This document shows positions 51,022 to 60,976 of a DNA stretch of 64,000 bases, one piece after another. Every line of letters begins with the position of its first letter. Positions within the stretch are counted from its first letter, which is position 1. The position numbers and the translations under genes were made by a program. The stretch is from assembly GCF_058153355.1 (NCBI RefSeq), contig NZ_CM177019.1; one strand, given 5' to 3'. The notes under the pieces are model-generated. The model made no database searches. It was not told the DNA's origin and saw only the letters and a program-made list of their open reading frames with translations.

Positions 51022-51452
51022 CAGGCTTCTCCCAGTTTCAGCAGGCTTTGCTGCATACTTTTCACGTTGTTGAGCACATCGACGTTGGTTTCAAAATCGC
51101 GCGAGGCCGACATCATGTCCGCCATCTGTTCCACCACGTTGACGTCGGGATACCAGACATCACCGTTGGCATCCGCCAGCGGCGAATGCGGTTCATAGCG
51201 TTTCACCGCCCCGCCGGTTTGCAGCACGTCCTGCACCTGCACGCTGGCGCCGTCGATCGCATGGCGATGCGTTCCCGCCAGCAGGCTGTGGTGATACATC
51301 GCCGCAAACACCGGGCTGCGCGCTTTATACGCCTGCGCCTCGCTGCCGGCGGGCGCATTGGCATTCGCCAGGTTACTGGCAACGGTATTCAGGCGAATGG
51401 TTTGCGCCGTCATCGCCGAGCCGGAAATCTGATAGATATCAGTAAATGACAT
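51021..51452 (-). CDS. lfgC: FlgC-like proximal rod protein
   Basis: 143 aa with rod N-terminal motif (ASNLANANAPAG) and C-terminal rod motif. Confidence 0.85.
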   Translation of the reverse strand: MSFTDIYQISGSAMTAQTIRLNTVASNLANANAPAGSEAQAYKARSPVFAAMYHHSLLAGTHRHAIDGASVQVQDVLQTGGAVKRYEPHSPLADANGDVWYPDVNVVEQMADMMSASRDFETNVDVLNNVKSMQQSLLKLGEA

Positions 51453-51454
51453 GC

Positions 51455-51766
51455 TTATTTCCCTTCAATGGCCTCTCTGATGCCGCTGATTTGCAGATTC
51501 AGAAAGGTCAGACTGCTTTGATAATCCATACTATTTTGTGAAAACCGCGCCTGTTCGCTGTTCAGTTCCACGGTGTTACCATCTTCCGACGGCTGCATCG
51601 GCACGCGATACTGGACATCCACCGCCGCGTTATTTGCCCGTTGCATCTCCCTGGCAAAATCAATATCTTTAGCCTTGAAATTTGGCGTATCGACATTCGC
51701 CAGATTCGCAGTCAGTAGCTCGGTCCTCTCAAGACGTAACTTCACTGCCTGCGGATGTACTCCCAA
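51455..51766 (-). CDS. lfgB: FlgB-like proximal rod protein
   Basis: 103 aa; LTANLANVDTPNFKAKDIDF rod motif; start codon is non-ATG (TTG or internal GTG), exact start uncertain. Confidence 0.7.
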   Translation of the reverse strand: MGVHPQAVKLRLERTELLTANLANVDTPNFKAKDIDFAREMQRANNAAVDVQYRVPMQPSEDGNTVELNSEQARFSQNSMDYQSSLTFLNLQISGIREAIEGK

Positions 51767-51871
51767 TGCTTATTGAAAACTGATCCCCATTTCTTGCGCC
51801 ACTCCCGCTTCAATCCGCATACGCTAAGCAATCGCTGCGCCAATTTTTAAGTAACTGATGAGAAAGGGTTT

Positions 51872-52609
51872 ATGAGTTTTCAATTTTGCAGGCGGAAGTT
51901 TTATTTCCTCCTGGCGCTGGCCTTACCGGGCTACGCCGCCGTCCATCCCGTGCAACATAGCGCGCGGGAACAAGTCAACGCCCAGGTGCTGAGCGCCGCC
52001 AGCCAGCAGATTGAATCGCTGGCACAACAGCGGCAGTGGCATGACTATCGCTACACCTTTAAGGTCTACATTCCCTCGCAGATTGCGACCGCCGCGCCCT
52101 GCGCTACGGCCCCCGGCGTCACGCTGACTTCGCCTGCGGAAATCGCTCTCAACCGGATGAACTTCACCGTCAGTTGCCCGCAAAGCTGGCAGATGAACGT
52201 TGCGGTGCGCCCGGATGTTCTGGTGCCGGTGGTGATGGCGAAGTCACTGGTTGCCCGCGATACGCCGCTCACGGCAAATGATGTGGAGCTGAAGCCCTAC
52301 AACGTCAGCGCCCAGCGGCGGGATGTGCTGATGGATCTCAATGATGCGATTGGTTTAAGCAGCAAACATGCCCTGCAACCAGGCAGGCCGCTTACCAAAG
52401 AAGAACTGGTTTCGCCAGTGCTGATCGAGCGCGATCAGCCGGTGATGATTGTTTACCAGAGCGCGGGGATCACCGCCTCGATGCCCGGCGTGGCGCTGAA
52501 AAATGGTCGCAAAGGGGAAATGGTGAAAGTACGTAACGCCAGCAGCCAGCGGGTCATTAGCGCAATAGTGGCGGAAAGCGGCGTGGTGACAACGGTAAGC
52601 GCGGAGTAA
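51872..52609 (+). CDS. lfgA: FlgA-like P-ring assembly chaperone
   Basis: 245 aa with signal peptide, divergent from lfgBCD. Confidence 0.7.
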   Translation: MSFQFCRRKFYFLLALALPGYAAVHPVQHSAREQVNAQVLSAASQQIESLAQQRQWHDYRYTFKVYIPSQIATAAPCATAPGVTLTSPAEIALNRMNFTVSCPQSWQMNVAVRPDVLVPVVMAKSLVARDTPLTANDVELKPYNVSAQRRDVLMDLNDAIGLSSKHALQPGRPLTKEELVSPVLIERDQPVMIVYQSAGITASMPGVALKNGRKGEMVKVRNASSQRVISAIVAESGVVTTVSAE

Positions 52610-52687
52610 TTTACGCAGGCGATTAAAGTTTTGCCGCCTGTTAACCGCTTTACCGGAGTAACCCCCAAATACCAAGACGAGGTTGCG

Positions 52688-52966
52688 ATGAAAATCACCC
52701 CGACGATGCCAGGCAATCGCCCGACAGCCACAACGGCAGGCTCCAGCCAGCCGCGTAAAAGTACGGCGACCACCACCACGACGCTGAGTGCCGACGACAT
52801 TACCCAGGCGGGATTGCAGTCTGCCCAGCAAACGCTGAACGACCAGCAAGAGAGCGATATCGACAGCGATAAAGTGGCGCAAATGCAGGCGATGCTGGCG
52901 TCCGGCAGCCTGCAAGTGGACACCGAACAGTTAGCCAGCGACATGCTGAGTTTTTTCCAGAACTAA
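52688..52966 (+). CDS. lfgM: FlgM-like anti-sigma-28 factor
   Basis: Start moved to MKITPTMPG with GAGG RBS; 92 aa, C-terminal helical sigma-binding region. Confidence 0.7.
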   Translation: MKITPTMPGNRPTATTAGSSQPRKSTATTTTTLSADDITQAGLQSAQQTLNDQQESDIDSDKVAQMQAMLASGSLQVDTEQLASDMLSFFQN

Positions 52967-52978
52967 GAGGCCGATGAA

Positions 52979-53407
52979 GTGAGTATCCGGTTACAACAGG
53001 TGAAGGCGTTGTTGCAGGGAATTCGTGACGACGACGCACTGTACGATTCCCTGCGCGAACTTCTCCAGCATCAGCGGATCTGCATGATTCGCCGCGCCAG
53101 CGAAGAGTTGCTGGCAGTAAACGACGAGATAACGCAGCACTATGAGCAGTTGCATGGGCATAGCCATCAGCGGCACAGCCTGCTGCAACTGCTGGGTGTC
53201 AGCGTAAATCGTGACGGTCTGGCGCAGGTTTTCGCCTGGCTTCCGGCGGTACAAAAAGCGGCAGCACAACAGTTGTGGCAACGCCTGGAGCAAAAAGCGG
53301 AACGCTGCAAAGCCTATAACGATAAAAACGGCGAGCTGTTGATTCGTCAGTATGAATTTATTCAGTCGTTTTTAGGCAGCGAAGCAGATTTTCTGTATCA
53401 GGAATAA
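52979..53407 (+). CDS. lfgN: FlgN-like export chaperone
   Basis: 142 aa helical protein after flgM; GTG start with AAGAGG RBS. Confidence 0.6.
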   Translation: MSIRLQQVKALLQGIRDDDALYDSLRELLQHQRICMIRRASEELLAVNDEITQHYEQLHGHSHQRHSLLQLLGVSVNRDGLAQVFAWLPAVQKAAAQQLWQRLEQKAERCKAYNDKNGELLIRQYEFIQSFLGSEADFLYQE

Positions 53408-53533
53408 CGCGAATACCTTCCCCATAGCGGAAACGGATTTTCCGCCTGATTTCCAATCCTTTGTTTTTGATTAAAAAAATTCCCGGCACGCTTATTGCAG
53501 ATTCCGCAAAGGAATAAAGACTGGAAGCCTCCT

Positions 53534-54463
53534 ATGAGTTTTATTGAATGTTACGAACCGGAATATGTGCGCAATTTTATGGCGCAATATCCCGATTCGC
53601 CTTTATACGTCAGCAAGGTGTGGAAGAATGAGATTCGCCAGAGCCTGGCATTGACCGATATTGCCAGTTGCAAAGCAGTGCTCAACGATGCCAGGGCCTT
53701 TGAATTACAGCTTACCTATCGCCCTGTGGAAGAAAATGCCGCAGCGCTCTCCGCGCGCGATGTGATAGTCAACCAGATAATTTTGAGCACCCTCACGCTC
53801 CCCGATTTAACCCCAGAGCTTTCACTGTATGCCGTCGGGATTTTGCTCTCCCGCGCCCGTAAAATGCCGGGCAGAGACGGCGATACTCTCGCCCGGCTGA
53901 CAGCACTGCCGCAGGCGCTGGCCGATCACGCCCAAATAGGCACGTTACAGGCACAGTTCGCCCAGCTACCGCCTGTGCCACTGCTGGCGCGCCAACTGGT
54001 GACGCTGCTCGGGAGTTTTGCATTTGACTGGTCGATACTGCCAGAAAGCCCGCGCAAAAATTCGCTGCCGTTGCAGGTAACCTTGCTAACGCTGCATGAC
54101 GCCAACAGCGAAGCCCTGATGCAGCAGCAGCTACAGACACAGTGGCAAACTACCTGGCAACAGCATTTTGCCACCGCTCCGTGGATGATGCGTAACTGGC
54201 TGATTTACCGGGTTTATCACGATGTGATTGGCCAGGCAGACGGGGCGGGTTATTTCCCGCTGGTGTGTGACTTTTACCTCATCCGCACGTTAATCAGTTT
54301 ATGGACGCTGGATGATTCACCGCTGCGGCAGGAGGATATTTTCGCCCTCTTCGCGGTGTTTGAACGCTGGCGAGTGAGTGAAAATGCCGTGCTGATTCGC
54401 CAGCAAATTCAGTCATTATGTGCCGCCGACCCGCTGCTTTCAGCGTTTTCGTTGCTGCCGTGA
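53534..54463 (+). CDS. Hypothetical protein (Flag-2 variable region)
   Basis: About 310 aa ORF from first ATG; no recognisable motif. Confidence 0.4.
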   Translation: MSFIECYEPEYVRNFMAQYPDSPLYVSKVWKNEIRQSLALTDIASCKAVLNDARAFELQLTYRPVEENAAALSARDVIVNQIILSTLTLPDLTPELSLYAVGILLSRARKMPGRDGDTLARLTALPQALADHAQIGTLQAQFAQLPPVPLLARQLVTLLGSFAFDWSILPESPRKNSLPLQVTLLTLHDANSEALMQQQLQTQWQTTWQQHFATAPWMMRNWLIYRVYHDVIGQADGAGYFPLVCDFYLIRTLISLWTLDDSPLRQEDIFALFAVFERWRVSENAVLIRQQIQSLCAADPLLSAFSLLP

Positions 54464-54482
54464 GTCGCTCTGTGCGCGCTTT

Positions 54483-54594
54483 GCCCCTCACCCTAACCCT
54501 CTCTCCAAAGGGGCGAGGGAACCGATCGAGCACGGTGTTAAAATCGGCGCTGGTTTTCTCCCTCTCCCTGTGGGAGAGGGCCGGGGTGAGGGGC
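54483..54594. repeat. GC-rich palindromic intergenic repeat pair (BoxC-like)
   Basis: GCCCCTCACCCTAACCCTCTCTCCAAAGGGGCGAGGGAACC and CTCCCTCTCCCTGTGGGAGAGGGCCGGGGTGAGGGGC forming long-range inverted repeats. Confidence 0.4.
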
Positions 54595-54651
54595 ATCAGC
54601 GCGCACATTCAGCACCTCCATCACATTCACCCACTAACTCACCCAAACACC

Positions 54652-57096
54652 ATGCCAACACCAAGCATCATCAAAACACTCGCCACTCACCGCGAAAAAC
54701 CGTTCGTCAGCGTCGTCACGCCAACCTGGAATCGTGGCGCATTTCTGCCGTACCTGCTCTATATGTACCGCTATCAGGACTACCCGGCAGACCACCGCGA
54801 ACTGGTCATCCTCGACGACTCACCGCAAAGCCATCAACACATCATCGACCGCCTGACCAATGGCACGCCGGAAGCCTTTAACATCCGCTACATCCATCAC
54901 CCGGAAAAACTGCCGCTGGGCAAAAAACGCAATATGCTCAACGAACTGGCGAGCGGCGAATACATCCTTTGCATGGACGATGACGACTATTACCCGGCAG
55001 ATAAAATCTCTTACACCATCGGCATGATGCAAAAACACCGGGCGCTGATCTCCGGTTCCGACCAGATCCCCATCTGGTACAGCCATATCAACCGCATCTT
55101 TCAAAGCCGCAGCTTTGGCCCGCATAACATCCTCAACGGCACCTTTTGCTATCACCGTAACTACCTGAAAAAGCACCACTACGATGATGATTGCAATTTA
55201 GGCGAAGAGAAAAGTTTCACCGACAATTTCAGTGTTAACCCGCTGCAACTGCCCGGCGAGCGCACGATTTTGTGTATCTCGCACAGCCACAACACCTTTG
55301 ATAAAGACTTTATTCTCGGGGCCAGCACGCCTGTAAATGCCGAACTGAGCGATATCGTCACCGATCCGCTGCTACGCAATGCTTATCTGAGTCTGCATAA
55401 CGCCACTCATCACCAGGCGATCAACCATCAGGCGATCGATCAGATAGTTGTTGTGAATCTGGATAAACGCCCGGATCGTTTACGGCAGATCCGTGAAGAG
55501 CTGGCATTGCTGCATATTCCGCCTGAAAAAATTACCCGCCTTGCCGCCTGTGAAGATGAAAACGGCCAACGGGGACGACGCCAGTCGCACTTGCAGGCGC
55601 TGCGCCTGGCGCAACAGCACGGCTGGCAAAATTACCTGCTGCTGGAAGATGACGCGGTTATTCTCAAGCAGGAGAAACATATTCAGGTACTGAACACGCT
55701 GCTGGCGAGCCTGGCGAAAATTCCCTGGGAGGTGATGAGCCTTGGTGGCGAAATTTCGCAAGGAACGATGCTGAAAAGTTTGCCGGGGCTGGTACACGCG
55801 CAGGACTGCCGCAAAGTGTGTGCTTATCTGGTGAACAGCCGCTACTACCCACAACTGGCGCAGCAGATGAGTAACGATGAGCACTCGCTGGAAGACGGCT
55901 GGCAGCCACTGCTGCGCACCGACAAATGGCTGGCCTGTTACCCGAGCCTTAGTTATCAGCGACCGGGCTTTAGTGATATCGAGAAAAAAGCGACTGATAA
56001 CATTAACCACTACTTCAATAAGTTACCCGTAGCCACCAAGCCATCCACATTACCCATCGCCGACACCATCGGCTTTTTTATGGAAACCTCCTTCCACTAC
56101 GCGCTCTATCGCCCAATCATCACCGCCCTACAGGCGCAGGGGCAGAGTTGCACGCTGGTGATCAACGATCGCGTGTTTAAACCATTTTTGGGTGAAATGC
56201 TGGAAACACTGAAAAGCATCGACGATCCACAGCTTAAAGGTATGCGCTTGTCTGAGATGCAGGAGCACAGTCAGCGGGTGAAATGCCTGGTCAGCCCCTA
56301 CCACACGCCCGCGCTCAATGGCATTTCACCCGTGAACGTTCGCGCCATGTACGGCTTAGCCAAAGAGACGTGGAACCACGCCGACTGGAACCGTTTTTAT
56401 CAGCGCATTTTGTGTTACAGCCACTACAGCCAGCAGGCACTAAAACATTTCGGTAGCGCAAAAGTGGTCGGCAACCCGCGCTTCGACGCCTGGCATAACG
56501 GCACGTTTGACCGCGCCCTGCCGGAAAATATCCAACCCGATTCCCGTAAACCTACGGTGCTCTACGCCCCCACGTTTGGCGCATTAAGCTCCCTGCCCCA
56601 CTGGGCAGAAAAATTGGGGCGCTTGAGCGGTAATGTAAACCTGATTTGCAAACTGCACCACGGCACCAGCTCGCGCCCGGAAGAAGCCGCATCGCTGACC
56701 CTGGCACGCAGGCATTTAAAACAGCGCACCGACTCCGTCCGCCACACGCTGGCGCTGCTGGCAAAGGCCGATTACGTGCTCACCGATAACAGCGGCTTTA
56801 TTTTCGATGCTATCCACGTTGATAAGCGGGTGATCCTGCTCGACTTTCCGGGCATGACGGAACTGCTCGACGGTGAGAAAAGTTATTCCACACCGGAGAG
56901 CGCCGACCAGCGAATCCGCGAAATATTACCGGTGGCTCATGATATGGCTGAGCTGCGTTACTTATTGTCAGAGGCGTTTGACTGGGGGGCGGAACAGGCG
57001 CGGCTTACGGAGATTCGCCATCACTATTGTGACGCGTTTATGGATGGCAAGGCGGGAGAACGGGCGGCGATGGCGATTGTGGAGGCATTGGGTTAA
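54652..57096 (+). CDS. Three-domain glycosyltransferase: GT2 + GT25-like + TagF-like CDP-glycerol glycerophosphotransferase domain
   Basis: Start moved past the repeat to MPTPSII; GT2 DxD (MDDDDYY), GT25-like middle domain (VVVNLDKRPDR), C-terminal VLYAPTFG motif resembling TagF YAPTWR. Confidence 0.7.
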   Translation: MPTPSIIKTLATHREKPFVSVVTPTWNRGAFLPYLLYMYRYQDYPADHRELVILDDSPQSHQHIIDRLTNGTPEAFNIRYIHHPEKLPLGKKRNMLNELASGEYILCMDDDDYYPADKISYTIGMMQKHRALISGSDQIPIWYSHINRIFQSRSFGPHNILNGTFCYHRNYLKKHHYDDDCNLGEEKSFTDNFSVNPLQLPGERTILCISHSHNTFDKDFILGASTPVNAELSDIVTDPLLRNAYLSLHNATHHQAINHQAIDQIVVVNLDKRPDRLRQIREELALLHIPPEKITRLAACEDENGQRGRRQSHLQALRLAQQHGWQNYLLLEDDAVILKQEKHIQVLNTLLASLAKIPWEVMSLGGEISQGTMLKSLPGLVHAQDCRKVCAYLVNSRYYPQLAQQMSNDEHSLEDGWQPLLRTDKWLACYPSLSYQRPGFSDIEKKATDNINHYFNKLPVATKPSTLPIADTIGFFMETSFHYALYRPIITALQAQGQSCTLVINDRVFKPFLGEMLETLKSIDDPQLKGMRLSEMQEHSQRVKCLVSPYHTPALNGISPVNVRAMYGLAKETWNHADWNRFYQRILCYSHYSQQALKHFGSAKVVGNPRFDAWHNGTFDRALPENIQPDSRKPTVLYAPTFGALSSLPHWAEKLGRLSGNVNLICKLHHGTSSRPEEAASLTLARRHLKQRTDSVRHTLALLAKADYVLTDNSGFIFDAIHVDKRVILLDFPGMTELLDGEKSYSTPESADQRIREILPVAHDMAELRYLLSEAFDWGAEQARLTEIRHHYCDAFMDGKAGERAAMAIVEALG

Positions 57097-57107
57097 ACCA
57101 CAGAAGT

Positions 57108-57204
<97 letters not shown>

Positions 57205-57422
57205 ACGAACAGCGCACTTATCTACCCTTCGATTTTAAATACATCTCTTTATGGCTGGTGAATCGGTAAAGTCGTAGATTGTGGGGGAGCGATCTTTATG
57301 AATTCTGAAAAAAACCTGAATCTTGCTAAACATATTGCTTATCATAAATATAGGTTACACACTATAAAAATTACTGCGTAATTTAACATTTTGTCTAAAA
57401 ATGATAGAGCATAAACGATAAC

Positions 57423-58244
57423 ATGACTTATAATAAAAAAGTAACTTCCGGTACAACAAGCCAGAAACAAAACAACATTGTCACTCAAAAAATATCTCGC
57501 CCAAAGGAATTGTTTCTATTATTTTGGGTTGATGAGTCCGATGATAGCCGACGTTCTATTTTTGAAGAAGCATGTCTGACGCGTTATTTCAATATCCTTT
57601 ACTCCCCCGAGTATAAAAAAGAAACACAGATAGTTTATCATTTATCAATTAACACATTTAATCAAATCAAAGAAATATTAGAAATCTTTATAAACAAGAA
57701 TGGAGGTAAAACTAAAGCAAAGGTTAAAGAAGTCAGTTTATTCTCACATGGGGGGCCAATTCATGGTCCTACAACCTCAAACTCTATAAATACACCTTCC
57801 GTGCCTAAATACCCACAACAAATGGACATATCCGGAGGATGGGATTCAATTGATTTTAACTGGTCAAACAATGCTATGTTTGTTATGTATGGTTGTCGCA
57901 CTAGTTATGCAAGTGATGATTCAGGACAAGGTTTTGCCAGTAAATTATCCCTATTAGATAATTTTAAGGACGTGAATGTCTGGGGTCAAACAGAAAGTAC
58001 TTATCCATCTTATTTCCCAGATATCAGGACAACGTCGATTATGAGGTCAATAAATATAGGTTGGTCTTTTTCACCAACATACATGGTTGCCAATTCTGAA
58101 GGTCAAGGATGGGATGCATTATTCCCGGATGATCGAAATCCATTAAAAGCTCTCCCTATGCAGTGTTATAATAATGGGACATTGATTTTAACCTGCGATC
58201 AAAGCAATTTTAATGATCACCGGAAGAATAAATCAAATGATTAG
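57423..58244 (+). CDS. Hypothetical protein, strongly AT-rich orphan
   Basis: 273 aa ORF in a low-GC segment; no recognised domain. Confidence 0.45.
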   Translation: MTYNKKVTSGTTSQKQNNIVTQKISRPKELFLLFWVDESDDSRRSIFEEACLTRYFNILYSPEYKKETQIVYHLSINTFNQIKEILEIFINKNGGKTKAKVKEVSLFSHGGPIHGPTTSNSINTPSVPKYPQQMDISGGWDSIDFNWSNNAMFVMYGCRTSYASDDSGQGFASKLSLLDNFKDVNVWGQTESTYPSYFPDIRTTSIMRSINIGWSFSPTYMVANSEGQGWDALFPDDRNPLKALPMQCYNNGTLILTCDQSNFNDHRKNKSND

Positions 58245-58791
58245 CATTGTATTGAGAAGCATTGTATTGAGAAGCTTTATTTTATTATTCATAATAATAG
58301 TGTATCCGGATTATAATAAAAACCCACCTGCCTTTGAAGTATATGGGGAAAATGACATACTTAAGGATATGGTTATTAATATGAAAACTTATAGATACCA
58401 TAGTAGGGAAAACTCTTCCCCCACAGCTATAGTGCAAACCATCCTTTTTAAAGGAAATATACAGCAAGTTTTTGAAAGCAATGACATGGGTGGTGCGAGC
58501 TTCTTTTTTTCTTATAACAATAAGGTTGAAACGCTGGTAACAGACGCTTTCTTTTTAAATAAAAAATTAGACAAACTGCATGATGCAAATATTTTTGAGG
58601 TTATAAAGCATAAGGAAAACATCGTTATTAGATATTACAAGTGCAAAATTGAATATATGCAAAGAGAAAAATTTATCGAAATAGAGATATCAACAAACAA
58701 AAATAGTTATTTTAACAAGAATGGAATAAAACAAAAAGATACAAATAAATATAACACATATTTCTTCAATTACTTTGAGTCTCAAAAATAA
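58213..58791 (+). CDS. Hypothetical membrane-anchored protein, strongly AT-rich orphan
   Basis: 192 aa, N-terminal hydrophobic helix, Lys/Asn-rich; contains a 15-bp perfect tandem duplication near the start; overlaps upstream ORF. Confidence 0.4.
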   Translation: MITGRINQMISIVLRSIVLRSFILLFIIIVYPDYNKNPPAFEVYGENDILKDMVINMKTYRYHSRENSSPTAIVQTILFKGNIQQVFESNDMGGASFFFSYNNKVETLVTDAFFLNKKLDKLHDANIFEVIKHKENIVIRYYKCKIEYMQREKFIEIEISTNKNSYFNKNGIKQKDTNKYNTYFFNYFESQK

Positions 58792-58794
58792 ATT

Positions 58795-59199
58795 TTATTT
58801 TGTCATGCGCGCCCTCCTAATCACCTCAATAATCCCCGTCGTCGACACTGACGGCGTGCGGGGGAAATAGACCACCTCACAAATATACGCGAAGCTATCA
58901 AACTTCCCCGCCCAGTCATCGCCCATCACCAAAACATCCGCACTGTAACCGCGCAGATATTCCGCTTTCAGCGCCAGCGATTCCTCGAGAAATACGCCAT
59001 CCACGCACGCCAGCCCGGCGATAATCGCCATGCGGTCATCCTGAGGGTAAACCGGTGCCCTGCCCTTTTTAGCAATGTTCAGGGCGTCAGACGATACGCC
59101 GACCAGCAGCCGTTCGCCCAGCGTGCGGGCGCGTTGTAAAAGGAGCAGATGACCGACATGAAACACATCGAAGGTGCCGAAGGTGATGACCGTTTTCAT
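58795..59199 (-). CDS. Cytidylyltransferase, TagD-like (glycerol-3-phosphate cytidylyltransferase family)
   Basis: Start moved to MKTVITFGTFDVFHVGHL (HxGH nucleotidyltransferase motif) with GGAG RBS; directly downstream of lfiJ. Confidence 0.8.
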   Translation of the reverse strand: MKTVITFGTFDVFHVGHLLLLQRARTLGERLLVGVSSDALNIAKKGRAPVYPQDDRMAIIAGLACVDGVFLEESLALKAEYLRGYSADVLVMGDDWAGKFDSFAYICEVVYFPRTPSVSTTGIIEVIRRARMTK

Positions 59200-59201
59200 G
59201 G

Positions 59202-59636
59202 CTACTCCGCTAATTTGTGCCGTAGCCAGCACTGAACGGCGATGTCATCCACCGCTTTTTGCGCTTTCGCCGTGGCACTTTCTTGCTGCTCGCGGCGTTT
59301 GTCATCCAGCGTCAGGGCCACCACTTTCTCTTCGCATGCCGCCGCCGTCAGGTTTTTCTGCATTCGCGTAGCCTTGATGTTAGCCAGCGTTTTTTCCTGC
59401 TCCTGCCAGGCGATCACTTTGCGCAAGGTGCCTTTGTAGCCGCTGACGTTTTTCAGCGATTCCACCGACGCCGCCGCGCCCGCAGATGTTTTCTCCACCA
59501 GGTAGCCTAACGCTTTGATATTGTTGTCATAGCCCGCGCAAATCTGTTTTTGCTTTGCCAGCTCGACGGTTTTGTCTTTGACCGATTTATCCCGCAGGCG
59601 CTGCAATTGCGCGAGGGTGTCGATGATTTGTCGCAT
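59202..59636 (-). CDS. lfiJ: FliJ-like flagellar export protein
   Basis: 144 aa coiled-coil protein following fliI. Confidence 0.7.
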   Translation of the reverse strand: MRQIIDTLAQLQRLRDKSVKDKTVELAKQKQICAGYDNNIKALGYLVEKTSAGAAASVESLKNVSGYKGTLRKVIAWQEQEKTLANIKATRMQKNLTAAACEEKVVALTLDDKRREQQESATAKAQKAVDDIAVQCWLRHKLAE

Positions 59637-59638
59637 AG

Positions 59639-60976
59639 TTACTGTTCTGCCTTTTTGGCACCAGGAAAGAGGATTTGCAGGCGGCTTTGTACCAGTTCGA
59701 GGGAGGCGGGTTCGCGCATCTCCTGGCGTAAAAATCGCTCGATGGCCGGGAACATTTTCACCGCTTTGTCGACGCTGGCATCCGCGCCTGCCACGTAGCC
59801 ACCGAGTGGGATCAGCGGTTTGATCTCCATATAGGCGGCGTAGTTTTGCTTTAACGCGCGAGCGGATTGCTGATGTTCCGGGCGGGTGACCTGGTTCATG
59901 CAGCGGCTGATCGACTGGCCGATATCGATGGCCGGATAGTGCCCCGCTTCCGCCAGTTTGCGGGTTAATACGATATGCCCGTCCAGCACCGCGCGGGCGC
60001 AGTCGACGATGGGATCTTGCTGGTCGTCGCCTTCCGCCAGCACGGTGTAGATGGCAGTCATCGATCCCGCGCTTTCGCTGTTGCCTGCGCTTTCGACCAG
60101 TTTGGGGATCATGCCGAATGCCGACGGCGGATAGCCTTTGGTAGCGGGCGGTTCGCCAAGAGAGAGCGCAATTTCACGCTGCGCCATCGCATAGCGGGTC
60201 AGGGAATCCACCAGCAGCAAAACGTGATGCCCGCGGTCGCGAAACCAGGCGGCGATGGAGTGGCACAGTTCGGTGGCTTTCAGGCGCATCAGCGGCGATT
60301 CATCGGCGGGCGCGACGACGACGATAGACTTCGCCAGCCCGTCCGCGCCCAGTGAATGGTCGATAAACTCTTTCACTTCGCGCCCGCGTTCGCCAATCAG
60401 CCCGACCACCACGATGTCGGCTTTGGTCTGGCGGGTGATCATCCCCAGCAGCACGCTTTTCCCGACGCCGCTGCCCGCCATTAGCCCGACGCGCTGGCCT
60501 TTGCCGATGGTCAGCAGACCGTTGATCGCTTTTACACCCACATCTAAGGGTTCGTCCACCGAACGGCGGGTTAAGGGATTGACCGAGGGCGGCAACGGCG
60601 GCAGAAGATCGTTGCCGTTCAGGCGACCTTTGCCATCCAGCGGTTCGCCGAGGCCATTCACCACGCGGCCTAACCAGCTTTCGCCAATCAAAATATCGTG
60701 GGCTTTTTCTTCCGGGAAGACACGCGCCCCCGCCATCAGGCCAACTGGCTGTTTGAATGGCATTAAATAGGTGATGTCGCGATTAAAGCCCACGGCCTGC
60801 GCGTCAATCAGCGTGTGGTTGGCACTTTCGATGCGGCACAACTGCCCGGTCATTAACGGGCAGCCGACGCTCTCCAGCAGAATGCCGTTCAGGCGCACCA
60901 GCCGTCCGGCGACGCGAGCCAGCGGGATCGACTCCAGCGAACGCAGGGCGTTATCGAAAGCAGAAAAATCACTCAC
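59639..60976 (-). CDS. lfiI: Flagellum-specific ATPase FliI
   Basis: 445 aa; Walker A GSGVGKS and Walker B, F1-ATPase-like. Confidence 0.9.
   Translation of the reverse strand: MSDFSAFDNALRSLESIPLARVAGRLVRLNGILLESVGCPLMTGQLCRIESANHTLIDAQAVGFNRDITYLMPFKQPVGLMAGARVFPEEKAHDILIGESWLGRVVNGLGEPLDGKGRLNGNDLLPPLPPSVNPLTRRSVDEPLDVGVKAINGLLTIGKGQRVGLMAGSGVGKSVLLGMITRQTKADIVVVGLIGERGREVKEFIDHSLGADGLAKSIVVVAPADESPLMRLKATELCHSIAAWFRDRGHHVLLLVDSLTRYAMAQREIALSLGEPPATKGYPPSAFGMIPKLVESAGNSESAGSMTAIYTVLAEGDDQQDPIVDCARAVLDGHIVLTRKLAEAGHYPAIDIGQSISRCMNQVTRPEHQQSARALKQNYAAYMEIKPLIPLGGYVAGADASVDKAVKMFPAIERFLRQEMREPASLELVQSRLQILFPGAKKAEQ

Noticed and set aside
54418-54651. ORF-track start of the 892-aa glycosyltransferase
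   Set aside because: The first 78 codons run through the GC-rich palindromic repeat and overlap the preceding gene; the first ATG after the repeat (54652) gives a GT2 domain beginning at a typical distance from the start.
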